Positions 27,691 to 37,468 of a DNA stretch of 64,000 bases are shown piece by piece. The position numbers and the translations under genes were made by a program. Position 1 is the first letter of the stretch. The number at the start of each line of letters is the position of its first letter. Origin of the DNA: a bacterium (GTDB lineage Bacteria; Patescibacteriota; Patescibacteriia; Patescibacteriales; UBA12465); assembly GCA_030696105.1 (NCBI GenBank), contig JAUYNJ010000005.1, forward strand, positions 13,678-77,677. Reading direction: 5' to 3'. The notes below the pieces were generated by a model that saw only the letters and a program-made list of their open reading frames with translations, was not told the origin of the DNA and did not search any database.

Positions 27691-29106
27691 ATGGAATTAT
27701 TTTTATACAATACTCTGAGCTTGCAGAAAGAAAAGTTTGAGCCGATTAAAAGCGGTGAGGCCGGTATTTATACTTGCGGACCGACGGTTTATAATTACGC
27801 GCATCTTGGTAATCTCCGCACCTATCTCTTTCAGGATTTTTTGGTGCGCACCCTGGCTTATAAGGGTTATAAAGTAAAAAGAGTGATGAATATCACTGAC
27901 GTCGGGCATCTTAGTGGCGATGGTGATATGGGAGAGGATAAGATGGAGAAAGGCTCAGCACGCGAGGGTCGCAGCGCTTGGGATATTGCCGCTTATTATA
28001 CCGACGCTTTTAAAGAAGACATGGATCTGCTGAATATGATTGCGCCTGATGTTTATTGCCGGGCGACCGATAACATTCCCGAACAGATTGATTTAGTTAA
28101 GCAATTAGAGGCGAAGGGTTTTACCTATGTAACCTCCGATGGTGTTTATTTTGATACGGCGAAGTTTCCGGACTATAACCGTTTAAGTCATCTGCCCTTG
28201 GAAGAGTTGAGGGAGGGCGCGCGCGTGGAAAAGAACCCTGAGAAAAAAAATCCGACAGACTTTTCTTTGTGGAAGTTTTCGCCGATTGGTGAAAAAAGGC
28301 AGATGGAGTGGGAGTCACCTTGGGGACTTGGTTTTCCTGGTTGGCACCTTGAATGTTCAGCTATGAGTTTAAAGTACTTAGGTGAACAAAGAGATATTCA
28401 TTGTGGCGGCATTGATCACATTAACGTGCACCATACTAATGAAATTGCCCAGAGTGAGGCGGCGACCGGTGAAACTTTCTTTCGCTATTGGTTACACGGT
28501 GCTTTCTTAAATATTGCCGGCGGGAAGAAGATGGCAAAGAGTGAGAATAACTATTTAACTGTTGCTAACGCTTTGGTTAATAAAGAAATTAATCCGCTCG
28601 CTTTCCGTTACGCCACTTTGCAAGTGCATTATCGCAAGCCGATGGATTATAGTGAAAATAACTTGCGTCAAGCCGAACAGGGCCTGAATTCACTTTATCG
28701 ACAGATTGCAGCGCTTGGTTCTGATATTGGCGAGGCGGGAGCAGGGGCAAAAGATGAGTTTGTGGAAGCGATTACCGATGATTTAAATATGCCGGTTGCT
28801 CTCTCAGTATTATTTAAGATTTTGAAATCAGAAATGCCAATGCCAGCAAAACTGGGAGCGGCTCTGGACTTCGATCGCGTTTTAGGGCTGAACCTCGCTT
28901 CGGCCATCAGCCGTTTCGAAGAAACGGCACAAAAGCTCGAATTACCAGAGGAGGTGAAATGCTTACTGGCCGCTCGTCAGAAGGCGCGACAAGAAAAAGA
29001 CTGGGAGAAAGCCGACGCCTTACGGGTCGATATTACCAATCTTGGTTATAACCTAACTGATGGCCCCGAGGGGCAGCAGGTTGAATTAATAAATCATGAA
29101 GAATAA
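27691..29106 (+). CDS. cysS: Cysteine--tRNA ligase
   Basis: CGPTVY, HLGN (HIGH), PGWHLECSAM, HHTNEIAQSE, KMAKS (KMSKS). Confidence 0.96.
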   Translation: MELFLYNTLSLQKEKFEPIKSGEAGIYTCGPTVYNYAHLGNLRTYLFQDFLVRTLAYKGYKVKRVMNITDVGHLSGDGDMGEDKMEKGSAREGRSAWDIAAYYTDAFKEDMDLLNMIAPDVYCRATDNIPEQIDLVKQLEAKGFTYVTSDGVYFDTAKFPDYNRLSHLPLEELREGARVEKNPEKKNPTDFSLWKFSPIGEKRQMEWESPWGLGFPGWHLECSAMSLKYLGEQRDIHCGGIDHINVHHTNEIAQSEAATGETFFRYWLHGAFLNIAGGKKMAKSENNYLTVANALVNKEINPLAFRYATLQVHYRKPMDYSENNLRQAEQGLNSLYRQIAALGSDIGEAGAGAKDEFVEAITDDLNMPVALSVLFKILKSEMPMPAKLGAALDFDRVLGLNLASAISRFEETAQKLELPEEVKCLLAARQKARQEKDWEKADALRVDITNLGYNLTDGPEGQQVELINHEE

Positions 29107-30067
29107 CTTCTGGGAGAAATTAAAAAAGAATGGTAGGCCAATTCTGGCGCTCGCCCCAATGGCAGGCTTCACAGATGAGCCTTTCCGACAAATCTGCTCC
29201 GCTTACGGGGCGGATGTTGTTTATAGTGAGATGGTCTCGGCGACCGCTTTATATTATCAGCGCGAAAAAGAAGATAACGAAACTTTGCGTTTGTTGAAAT
29301 GGAATGAAGCCAGGGAGGGCAAGTACGTCGTGCAATTGTTTGGTTCAAATCCTGATCACTTTGCAGTTGCAACGAAGATTGTGACAGAAAAGATAAAACC
29401 GCATGGTATCGATATTAATTTTGGTTGCCCGGTCGGTAAGGTTTTAAAGCAGGGAGCTGGCGCTGATTTAATGCGCAATCTATCGCAGGCACGCGCAGTT
29501 ATCGAGGCGACACTGGCGAATACCAGCTTACCAGTTTCTGTAAAAATTAGAGCGAAGTCTAGTGACGTCGATGCGGTCGCCTTTTTAAAGAATATTTCAG
29601 ATCTTAAAGTTGCCGCCCTAATGATTCATGGTCGCACCCTTAGTCAAGGTTTTGCTGGTGAGCCCGATTACGCGATTGTTAATAAGGTGCGTCCGCATTT
29701 CAAGGGTGTTATTTTAATTAACGGTGGTATTAATGACCGTGAGACCGCGGAGCGAGCTTTAGCTGAAAGCGGGGCTGACGGCCTTGGCCTGGGCAGAGGT
29801 GCTTTAGCACGGCCCTGGTTATTTGCAGAACTGAAAGAGGGAAGAGATATTGTGTATGGACAGACTGAAATAATATCCTTATTATATCGTCATGCTAAAC
29901 TAATGAGTGAACTTAAGGGCGAGGGTGCTCTAGTTGAGTGGCGTAAGCAAGCTTGCTGGTGTGTGCAAGGATTGCCCAGCGCCAGCCGTCTCCGCAGTCG
30001 TTTAGTGCAGGTGTCGAGTTTGAATGATGTTACAAATATATTACAAGAATATGGTCTTAACGATTGA
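29096..30067 (+). CDS. dusB: tRNA-dihydrouridine synthase (DusB-like)
   Basis: LAPMAGFTD, QLFG, DINFGCP, HGRT, NGGI. Confidence 0.88.
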   Translation: MKNNFWEKLKKNGRPILALAPMAGFTDEPFRQICSAYGADVVYSEMVSATALYYQREKEDNETLRLLKWNEAREGKYVVQLFGSNPDHFAVATKIVTEKIKPHGIDINFGCPVGKVLKQGAGADLMRNLSQARAVIEATLANTSLPVSVKIRAKSSDVDAVAFLKNISDLKVAALMIHGRTLSQGFAGEPDYAIVNKVRPHFKGVILINGGINDRETAERALAESGADGLGLGRGALARPWLFAELKEGRDIVYGQTEIISLLYRHAKLMSELKGEGALVEWRKQACWCVQGLPSASRLRSRLVQVSSLNDVTNILQEYGLND

Positions 30068-30428
30068 TACCGGCCTTGACCCCTATATTCAAGTCTCACT
30101 TGAAAGTAAAGGGAAGAAGCTTACAAAGAAAATTAAAGCCGAGCGCAGTCAGGCGGAAAAATTACTTCCAACTATCGAGGCGCTTTTTAAACGTGAGCAA
30201 GTCACTTGGAAAAAAATAAAACTGATTCGCGTGAATGATGAGGGTGGTAGTTTTACCTCTTTACGCATCGGTGTTTTAACTGCGAACGCTTTGGCCTATG
30301 CTTTGCAAATTCCCATTGAAGCGATGTCTGGGAGTAAGGTTTATAAGTTTAAAGGCGGTCAGGTCGTGAAACCTCGGTACCAAAGTGAGCCGAATATTGG
30401 CACGCCCAAGAAAAGAAGCTGGGGATAA
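30051..30428 (+). CDS. tsaB: Short TsaB (t6A biosynthesis, N-terminal domain only)
   Basis: LxIDT start, AEKLLPxI, GSFTSLRIG..ANALAYAL motif; ATG at 30051. Confidence 0.75.
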   Translation: MVLTIDTGLDPYIQVSLESKGKKLTKKIKAERSQAEKLLPTIEALFKREQVTWKKIKLIRVNDEGGSFTSLRIGVLTANALAYALQIPIEAMSGSKVYKFKGGQVVKPRYQSEPNIGTPKKRSWG

Positions 30429-30451
30429 CTTTTTCACAATTATTACTAAGG

Positions 30452-30484
30452 AAAGACCATTTTGTAAAAATATGGTCTTTTTTT
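30452..30484 (+). terminator. Intrinsic terminator after tsaB
   Basis: AAAGACCAT...ATGGTCTTT followed by T-run. Confidence 0.65.
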
Positions 30485-30517
30485 AAAATTTCCCTTTATT
30501 TTTAGTGCTTTTTTGTG

Positions 30518-30581
30518 TTGACCAAAGGGTCCTAGTGGTGTATAATTAAAGCATTAAGGTGAAAAGTGGGGAACAATGGTG
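30518..30581 (+). promoter_or_regulatory. mraZ/dcw promoter with MraZ-binding direct repeats
   Basis: TTGACC (30518), 17 bp, TATAAT (30541); GTGG-like repeats at 30535, 30556, 30566 and 30576 with ~10-bp periodicity, as known for MraZ operators. Confidence 0.7.
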
Positions 30582-30620
30582 AATGACCTTGTCGACACTT
30601 TATCCACCGTCACACGCATT

Positions 30621-31052
30621 ATGTTTATCGGTGAATACAATCATAATCTTGATGACAAGGGTCGCATCGCGATCCCGGCGAAGTTTCGTGCGATTTTAAA
30701 GAAGGGCGCAGTCGTTACCAAGGGTTTGGACGGCTGTTTATTTTTATACGCTAAAGAACAGTTTGAAACTATCGCTCAGAAGTTTGCGGCTTTGCCGATA
30801 AGTCAGACAAATGCTCGCGCCTTCTCTCGTCACATGCTAGCTGGCGCTATGGCCGTTGATTTTGATAATCAAGGACGCATCACTTTACCTGATTACCTGC
30901 GCAAATTCTCCGGCTTGAAGAAGGGGGTTATTATCGCTGGTTTATATAATCATTTAGAAATCTGGGATGAAGATGCTTGGAATAATTACAAGCAAGCAGC
31001 TGAACAAAATAGTAATAGTATCGCTGAAACACTAGGGGACTTAGGAATCTAA
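30621..31052 (+). CDS. mraZ: Transcriptional regulator MraZ
   Basis: MFIGEYxHxLDxKGR, second DxQGRI repeat; upstream of rsmH. Confidence 0.95.
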   Translation: MFIGEYNHNLDDKGRIAIPAKFRAILKKGAVVTKGLDGCLFLYAKEQFETIAQKFAALPISQTNARAFSRHMLAGAMAVDFDNQGRITLPDYLRKFSGLKKGVIIAGLYNHLEIWDEDAWNNYKQAAEQNSNSIAETLGDLGI

Positions 31053-31054
31053 GT

Positions 31055-31996
31055 ATGTCCTATGAACATATCCCGGTCATGTTGCCGGAAGTACTCTCAA
31101 TCTTAAATCCTAAACCGGGTGAAACGATAATTGACTGCACTTTAGGTGGAGCCGGTTATACGCTAGCAATCTCGTCAGTAGTTGGTAAAAAGGGAAGAGT
31201 AATTTCACTTGACGCTGATCAGATGGCGATAGATAACGCTAGCAACTTATTAGCAGAAAAGGGAATTAAAAACGTTACACTTGTTCATGAGAATTTTAAA
31301 AACGTGGCCGCTGTCGTCGCTGAGCATACATCCGGACAGGCTGATGGTATCGTCTTTGATCTTGGTTTGTCCTCTGCCCAGTTGTCTGATGAAACTCGTG
31401 GTTTTTCCTTCCAGGGAGAGCGACCACTCGATATGGCCTTCGGTGCCGGCGAAGCACAAAGCACTCAACACCTGCTCAACTCTTCCTCGCTATCAGATCT
31501 CACCGCCATCTTTCGTGAGCTCGGAGAAGAGCCTCAAGCCTATAAGCTAGCTAAAGAGATAATCACTGCTCGTAAAATAAAACCACTACGCACCACCAAA
31601 GATTTAGTTGATATCATTTTAAAAATTACACCACCCCGTTATAAAGCCACCAGTATTCATCCTGCCACCAGAGCCTTCCAGGCCTTACGTCTTGCGACTA
31701 ACGATGAGCTTGGCAGCTTAAGAACTGCTTTGCATGACTCAAGTGAAATTTTGAAGATTGGTGGACGCATCGCTGTTGTATCTTTCCACAGCGGCGAAGA
31801 CCGTATTGTTAAACAATGGATGAAACACGAAAGCACTGACTGTATCTGTCCCTCAACTGCTCCGGTCTGCGTGTGTGGACATTTAGCTTCAATTAAGCCG
31901 CTGACTAAGAAACCGCTCATACCAAGCTCTGAGGAAAGTAGCAATAATCCTCGAGCCCGCAGCGCAAAGCTACGGGGAGCCGAAAAAATTCGATAA
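31055..31996 (+). CDS. rsmH: 16S rRNA m4C1402 methyltransferase
   Basis: HIPVM, DCTLGGAG, DLGLSS, HPATRAFQALR, SFHSGEDRIVK, NPRARSAKLR. Confidence 0.96.
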   Translation: MSYEHIPVMLPEVLSILNPKPGETIIDCTLGGAGYTLAISSVVGKKGRVISLDADQMAIDNASNLLAEKGIKNVTLVHENFKNVAAVVAEHTSGQADGIVFDLGLSSAQLSDETRGFSFQGERPLDMAFGAGEAQSTQHLLNSSSLSDLTAIFRELGEEPQAYKLAKEIITARKIKPLRTTKDLVDIILKITPPRYKATSIHPATRAFQALRLATNDELGSLRTALHDSSEILKIGGRIAVVSFHSGEDRIVKQWMKHESTDCICPSTAPVCVCGHLASIKPLTKKPLIPSSEESSNNPRARSAKLRGAEKIR

Positions 31997-32002
31997 TTTT
32001 CA

Positions 32003-32374
32003 ATGAGTATATATACCCGCGACGGGCTAATCAGTAAAAATATGATGATTCATTCACGACAAATCAAAAAACAGAAGACGAGAAGTGCCTCATTCTCATG
32101 GAAGGCGATCAGTATGTTTCTAAGCCTTGCCTGTGTCGTTTTCGGCTTTGTCTACCTCGTTGGGATGAACGACCTCATCGTTAAAGGTTTTGCTCTTAAA
32201 GATTTAAAGAGCCAGGCCAACATGCTTGCGCAGGAGAATCAAGACTTGCAGGCGAAGGCACTTACTCTGCAATCTTATGCCGTTCTCTCCCCACGGTTAA
32301 AGGGGCTAAACATGGTACAAGTGGATGATGTTGCTTATTTCATCCCCCAAACGCCGATAGTTGCTAAGAAATAA
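32003..32374 (+). CDS. FtsL-like cell division protein (single TM plus coiled coil)
   Basis: Position between rsmH and PBP; basic N-terminus, one TM, leucine heptads; start could be 32042. Confidence 0.65.
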   Translation: MSIYTRDGLISKNMMIHSRQIKKQKTRSASFSWKAISMFLSLACVVFGFVYLVGMNDLIVKGFALKDLKSQANMLAQENQDLQAKALTLQSYAVLSPRLKGLNMVQVDDVAYFIPQTPIVAKK

Positions 32375-32388
32375 GCTTACAACCAGAT

Positions 32389-34467
32389 ATGTGGAGAGAT
32401 AATAGGCAGAATAAACCACTAAACCATAATACCAACCCTCGTTTGCGCCTCTTTGCGGCGCTTATTTTTTTATTGTTAGGAGCAATTGTTTATCGTTTAT
32501 ATTATTTACAAATTTTGCAGGGTGATTGGTTTACAGCTCTTGCCAGCGGTCAGCACCAGATTTCAAGTCGCCTTCAGCCGGAGCGTGGCAAAATTCTACT
32601 GCACGAGCGCGACACCGGTCAGGCACAACAGCTATATCCACTTGCAACGAATAAAGATTTCTCTTCTTTATATGCTGTTCCTAAAGATATTGTTGATCCC
32701 GCTGGTATGGCGGAGAAGTTATTCGAGCACTTCGACAAGCCGGTTTTAGAGAATCAGCTCAAAACTCAAATGGAAAAAGACGAGCAAAATCGCCTGCTGC
32801 GTGAAATTGATGCGATTAGAGCCTCTGAGTATAGCGAAGAAGATAAGGCGGCACGCATCCGGGCGGCTGAAGATTTAGCCGCGAGCAAGAAAAAAGAACA
32901 GGACTGGGTCGAGCTGAGGGGAATTGCGCTTGAGCGCCTGATTAAAGAAAGAAAACAAGAGTTGCTTGATACCTATTTAAAACGAGTTGATAAGCCCGGT
33001 GATCCCTATGAGCCTTTAAAAGAAAAATTGTCTGACGACGAGCTCGTCGCAGTTTATGCGGCCCTGGCCAGTACCCCGGAAAGAACCATTCAAGCTTCTG
33101 AGCTCGAACGTCGGCTAACTAAAGTTGTCTTTAGGGAGGATGGCAGCGAGCTTAAGATTGAAGGCATCGGTTTTAATTTAAAGAGTTATCGCTTTTATCC
33201 AGAAAATAGTATCGCCGCCAATATTATTGGTTTTGTTAATTATATTGATGATGAAGGCAAGGGCAGATATGGCCTGGAAGAGTTTTTCAATGAAGAGTTG
33301 GCGGGTAAGTCCGGATATCTGAAGGGTGAAAGAGGTGTGAGCAACACGCTTATCGTTAATGACCGTGAATATGTGCGTCCAGAAGCAGGTAGTGATTTAG
33401 TGCTAACAATGGATAGGGGTGCGCAGTTTATGGCCTGTGATGCCTTAGAGGCAGCCGTAAAGAAGCATAAAGCAGAAGGCGGGACCGTTATCGCTGTAAA
33501 TGCCAAGACGGGCGCGATTCTAGCGATGTGCTCAGTGCCGACATTCAATCCTAATGACTATCGAAATGTGACCAATCTTGAGAATTTTAATAATCCAGCC
33601 ATTTTGTATCAGTATGAACCGGGCTCGGTGTTTAAAGTGATTACCATGGCCGCGGCCATTGATCAGGGGAAGGTGTCCCCGAGCACGACGTATAAGGATG
33701 AAGGGTCAATTATGATTACCGGCTGGCACAAACCGATTAGTAATTCTGATTACAGCACCAAGGGCGCGCACGGTATTGTTGATATGAACGCTGTGTTAGA
33801 AATGTCGCTGAATACTGGCGCTATTTTCGCGATGAAACAAATTGGCCCGAAGACTTTCTCTGAGTACGTAATTAATTTCGGTTTCGGTGAAAAAACAGGT
33901 GTTGAGCTTGGCTCGGAAAGTCGAGGACATATTGAGAATTTACTAAAAAATAAAGTAAAAGAAATTGATGCGGCAACCGCATCATTCGGACAGGGAGTCG
34001 CCGTTACGCCTTTACAGATGGTGATGTCATATCAAGCCCTCGCTAATCAAGGGGTATTAATGAAACCCTACATCGTGAAAGAGATTCATCATGATGATGG
34101 GCGTATCGTTGAATTTAAACCGCATAAAGTCAGGTCTGTTGTCAGCGCGCAAACAGCCAATACCGTTTTAGCGATGATGGTTAACGTTGTCGAAAGCGGA
34201 CATGCTCAGGGTGCTAAAATTGAAGGCTATTATATCGGAGGCAAGACGGGCACTGCTCAAATTGCGACTGTCGGTGGTTACAGCGCCGACAAATACATTC
34301 ATACTTTTATCGGCGTTGCCCCAATTGACAATCCGCAGATTGTAATGTTGACTAAGATAGATGCTCCGCAAGGAGCAAAGTATGCGGAAAGTACAGCCGT
34401 GCCGCTTTGGCATGATGTGGCTGACTTTCTCTTAAATTACTATCAAGTGCCGAAAACAAGAAAATAA
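32389..34467 (+). CDS. ftsI: Class B penicillin-binding protein (FtsI/SpoVD-like)
   Basis: N-terminal TM, RGxI, RxYP, GLE pedestal motifs; SxxK (PGSVFK), SxN (SLN), KTG. Confidence 0.85.
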   Translation: MWRDNRQNKPLNHNTNPRLRLFAALIFLLLGAIVYRLYYLQILQGDWFTALASGQHQISSRLQPERGKILLHERDTGQAQQLYPLATNKDFSSLYAVPKDIVDPAGMAEKLFEHFDKPVLENQLKTQMEKDEQNRLLREIDAIRASEYSEEDKAARIRAAEDLAASKKKEQDWVELRGIALERLIKERKQELLDTYLKRVDKPGDPYEPLKEKLSDDELVAVYAALASTPERTIQASELERRLTKVVFREDGSELKIEGIGFNLKSYRFYPENSIAANIIGFVNYIDDEGKGRYGLEEFFNEELAGKSGYLKGERGVSNTLIVNDREYVRPEAGSDLVLTMDRGAQFMACDALEAAVKKHKAEGGTVIAVNAKTGAILAMCSVPTFNPNDYRNVTNLENFNNPAILYQYEPGSVFKVITMAAAIDQGKVSPSTTYKDEGSIMITGWHKPISNSDYSTKGAHGIVDMNAVLEMSLNTGAIFAMKQIGPKTFSEYVINFGFGEKTGVELGSESRGHIENLLKNKVKEIDAATASFGQGVAVTPLQMVMSYQALANQGVLMKPYIVKEIHHDDGRIVEFKPHKVRSVVSAQTANTVLAMMVNVVESGHAQGAKIEGYYIGGKTGTAQIATVGGYSADKYIHTFIGVAPIDNPQIVMLTKIDAPQGAKYAESTAVPLWHDVADFLLNYYQVPKTRK

Positions 34468-34476
34468 GAGAAAAGT

Positions 34477-35766
34477 ATGAAAAAAATTATCATGTTTAAA
34501 CTGAAAATCCTGAGCAAGTTGATTTTGAGGAAATATCGTCCCGAAATCATCGCGATTAGCGGTTCAATGGGCAAAACCAGCGCCAAGGAGGCGATATTCT
34601 CCGTCTTGTCCTCTCGATTGTCAGTGCGAACAAGTATAAAAAATTATAATAACGAAATAGGCGTTCCGCTCACTGTCATCGGCGTCGCCTCTCCTGGCTC
34701 TTCACTACTAGGTTGGTTCGAGGTGTTTTTGAAGGCAGCAAAACTATTAATTATAACCGACAAGGAATACCCCAAGTATTTAGTTTTAGAAATGGGCATT
34801 GATCGACCTGGGGATATGGATTACTTAACCCGCTTAGCACCGCCAAGCGTCGGCGTAATGACGGCGGTAAGTTATTCACATATTGATTTTTTTGGTACTT
34901 TGCAAAATATCAAAAAGGAAAAACAAGTGCTTATTGAACGCGTTAGCCGTAAGGGTCTCAGTGTTTTAAATTATGACAATGAAGATGCGCGTTCTATGGC
35001 GGAAGTCAGTCCGGCGCGCTCTGTCACCTATGGCTTACAAGACGGCGCGGATGTCATCGCTCAAGATATAAATTATCATTTTGGTCGCGGTGAATATGAT
35101 ATTGCCGGGGTAAGCTTTAAGTTAAATCATGAGGGTAGTTTAGTGCCAGTAACAATGCCAAACATTCTTGGTGAGGCGGGCCTATATGCCGCTCTCGCTG
35201 CGGCTTCAGTGGCTATTCACTACGGCTTTAACTTGATGGCAATTGCGCAAGCGCTGCGCACAGTGCGCATGCCCGCTGGTCGCATGCAACTTCTGCCCGG
35301 CATAAAACATACCTTTATTATTGATGATACATATAATTCTTCACCGGAAGCCTGTTTATCGGCAGCGAGGGTATTAGGGGAGGTAAAGCTTGATGCCAAT
35401 GCAAGTAAGTATGCAGTTCTTGGCGATATGTTAGAAATCGGCGCTTATAGTATTGAAGGCCATCGTAAGCTTGGGCAAGAAATATTTAAACAAGGCGTTG
35501 ATTATATTATCAGCGTTGGTGAGCGTTCACGTGACATTGATCGTGGGGCGATTGAGGCGGGCATGAGTGCCGATTTCATTTTTCACTTTGATGATACCGA
35601 GACGGCTGGACGTTTTATACAAGAGCGCTTACGTGAAGGGGATGTCGCTTTGATAAAAGGCTCACAAGGCATGCGCATGGAAAAAATCGTTAAGGAATTA
35701 ATGGCTGAGCCCGAACGAGCGGAAGAATTGCTCGTTCGGCAGGGATCAGACTGGCCCGATGCCTAA
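34477..35766 (+). CDS. murF: UDP-MurNAc-tripeptide--D-Ala-D-Ala ligase (MurF-like)
   Basis: GSMGKTSAK, NNEIGVPLT, LEMG, DDTYNSSP, GDMLEIG, KGSQGMRME. Confidence 0.88.
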   Translation: MKKIIMFKLKILSKLILRKYRPEIIAISGSMGKTSAKEAIFSVLSSRLSVRTSIKNYNNEIGVPLTVIGVASPGSSLLGWFEVFLKAAKLLIITDKEYPKYLVLEMGIDRPGDMDYLTRLAPPSVGVMTAVSYSHIDFFGTLQNIKKEKQVLIERVSRKGLSVLNYDNEDARSMAEVSPARSVTYGLQDGADVIAQDINYHFGRGEYDIAGVSFKLNHEGSLVPVTMPNILGEAGLYAALAAASVAIHYGFNLMAIAQALRTVRMPAGRMQLLPGIKHTFIIDDTYNSSPEACLSAARVLGEVKLDANASKYAVLGDMLEIGAYSIEGHRKLGQEIFKQGVDYIISVGERSRDIDRGAIEAGMSADFIFHFDDTETAGRFIQERLREGDVALIKGSQGMRMEKIVKELMAEPERAEELLVRQGSDWPDA

Positions 35767-35782
35767 GTTACATATTTGTTAT

Positions 35783-35807
35783 AAAAAACGCCCTAGCGGG
35801 CGTTTTT
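35783..35807 (+). terminator. Intrinsic terminator ending the short dcw operon
   Basis: AAAAAACGCCC-TAGC-GGGCGTTTTT. Confidence 0.8.
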
Positions 35808-35843
35808 GCTTGATTTTTACACATATTAGGCTATACTCAAGTT

Positions 35844-36707
35844 ATGTCTATACTAATACTTGGTGGCGCTGGCAATCTCGGCACCCAACTGAAAAAAAGT
35901 TTTGTCTCTGATAATATTGTTGCTTGGGACCGCGATGATTTTGATTTTTTAGATTTCGCGCAATTGCAGCGGCGGCTCTTTGAATTAAAGCCAGATGTCA
36001 TCATAAATACGGCTGCCTATAACGCCGTTGATAAATGCGAGACGGATGAGACGGAGACAGCGCTTGCCTGGAAGCTGAATCGTGACTTGCCAGGAGTCTT
36101 GGCTGATTATTGTCTTGAACACGATATTTTGTTGGTACATTACTCGACTGATTATGTTTTCGGTGGTGACGGCCGCTTATCAAGTGATTATGATGAGCTG
36201 GCTCGTCCAGTACCTATGAGTGTATACGGACAGACTAAGTTTGGTGGTGAACAAGAGATTGCTCGTCGCGCCTTGTCAGGCTTGAACTACTATCTAATTC
36301 GCACCTCTAAGTTATTTGGACCAAAAGCGGAGAATGAAGGCGCCAAACCCAGTTTTTTTGATATTGTGTTAGAGCTGGGCAAAAAGAATCCTGAAGTTAA
36401 GGCGATTGATAGCGAGATTAGTTGTTTTACCTATACTCCCGACTTAGCAGTGGCTACTAAGGCAATGATAAGCGAGAAATGTGCTCGCGGCATCTACCAT
36501 CTTACAAATTCCGGACCAGTTACTTGGTATGATGGTGTCAAAGAATTATTTGCCCTAGCTGAGATTAAGACACCTTTAATTGCCATCACACCCGAAGAAT
36601 GGCCTAGGCCGGCGAAGCGTCCGGTATTCTCGGCCCTCGCTAATACCCGTCGTCCTCGTCTGCGTCCTTGGCAGGCAGCCTTAGCTGAATATATAAAAAC
36701 GAAATAA
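35844..36707 (+). CDS. rmlD: dTDP-4-dehydrorhamnose reductase
   Basis: GGAGNLG, NTAAYNAVDKCE, STDYVF, YGQTK, AKRP. Confidence 0.9.
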   Translation: MSILILGGAGNLGTQLKKSFVSDNIVAWDRDDFDFLDFAQLQRRLFELKPDVIINTAAYNAVDKCETDETETALAWKLNRDLPGVLADYCLEHDILLVHYSTDYVFGGDGRLSSDYDELARPVPMSVYGQTKFGGEQEIARRALSGLNYYLIRTSKLFGPKAENEGAKPSFFDIVLELGKKNPEVKAIDSEISCFTYTPDLAVATKAMISEKCARGIYHLTNSGPVTWYDGVKELFALAEIKTPLIAITPEEWPRPAKRPVFSALANTRRPRLRPWQAALAEYIKTK

Positions 36708-36725
36708 ATTAATAACTATAATATT

Positions 36726-37451
36726 ATGCGTGGAATAATTCTCTCAGGAGGCAGCGGTACTCGTTTACGACCATTAACCAAGATTACGAGTAAGCAACTA
36801 CTACCAATATACAATCGGCCGATGATATACTATCCCTTAAATACCCTCATTCAGGCTGGTATTAAGGAGATTTTAATAATCATTTCTCCCGAAAGAGCTG
36901 GTGATTACTTAAACCTATTGGGCAGTGGTCGTGAATTTGGCGTGAAGTTTACCTACGAAATTCAAGATAAGCCTGAGGGCTTGGCGCAGGCCTTTATCAT
37001 CGGGGAGAAGTTTATTAATGATGAGGATGTCGCTATGATTCTTGGTGATAATATTTTTGAAGATGATTTTTCAAAGGACATCACAAACTTCAAGGGTGGT
37101 GCTAAAGTTTTTGCGAAGAAAGTAAGCGATCCGGAAAGATTCGGTGTAGTTAAATTTAATGAGGAGATGAAGGCAGAGAAGATTGTTGAAAAACCGCAGG
37201 AGTACTTAAGTGATTACGCTGTCACCGGTCTTTATGTTTATGATCATAACGTCGTCAGTATTGCTAAGAACTTGAAACCGAGTGATAGGGGCGAGCTAGA
37301 AATTACTGACGTTAACAACTGGTATTTAGAAAAAGGACAGCTTGACGTCGCGATGGTAAATGGAGAATGGCTTGATGCGGGGACCTTTGACAGTTTACTG
37401 AAGGCGCAGTTATTCGCAAAAGAAAAACTCGACGCAAAAATGATTATTTAG
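36726..37451 (+). CDS. rmlA: Glucose-1-phosphate thymidylyltransferase (short form)
   Basis: GIILSGGSGTRLRPLT, KQLLPIY, PEGLAQAF, RGELEITD, WLDAGT. Confidence 0.92.
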   Translation: MRGIILSGGSGTRLRPLTKITSKQLLPIYNRPMIYYPLNTLIQAGIKEILIIISPERAGDYLNLLGSGREFGVKFTYEIQDKPEGLAQAFIIGEKFINDEDVAMILGDNIFEDDFSKDITNFKGGAKVFAKKVSDPERFGVVKFNEEMKAEKIVEKPQEYLSDYAVTGLYVYDHNVVSIAKNLKPSDRGELEITDVNNWYLEKGQLDVAMVNGEWLDAGTFDSLLKAQLFAKEKLDAKMII

Positions 37452-37468
37452 AATATTATTATACTTAA

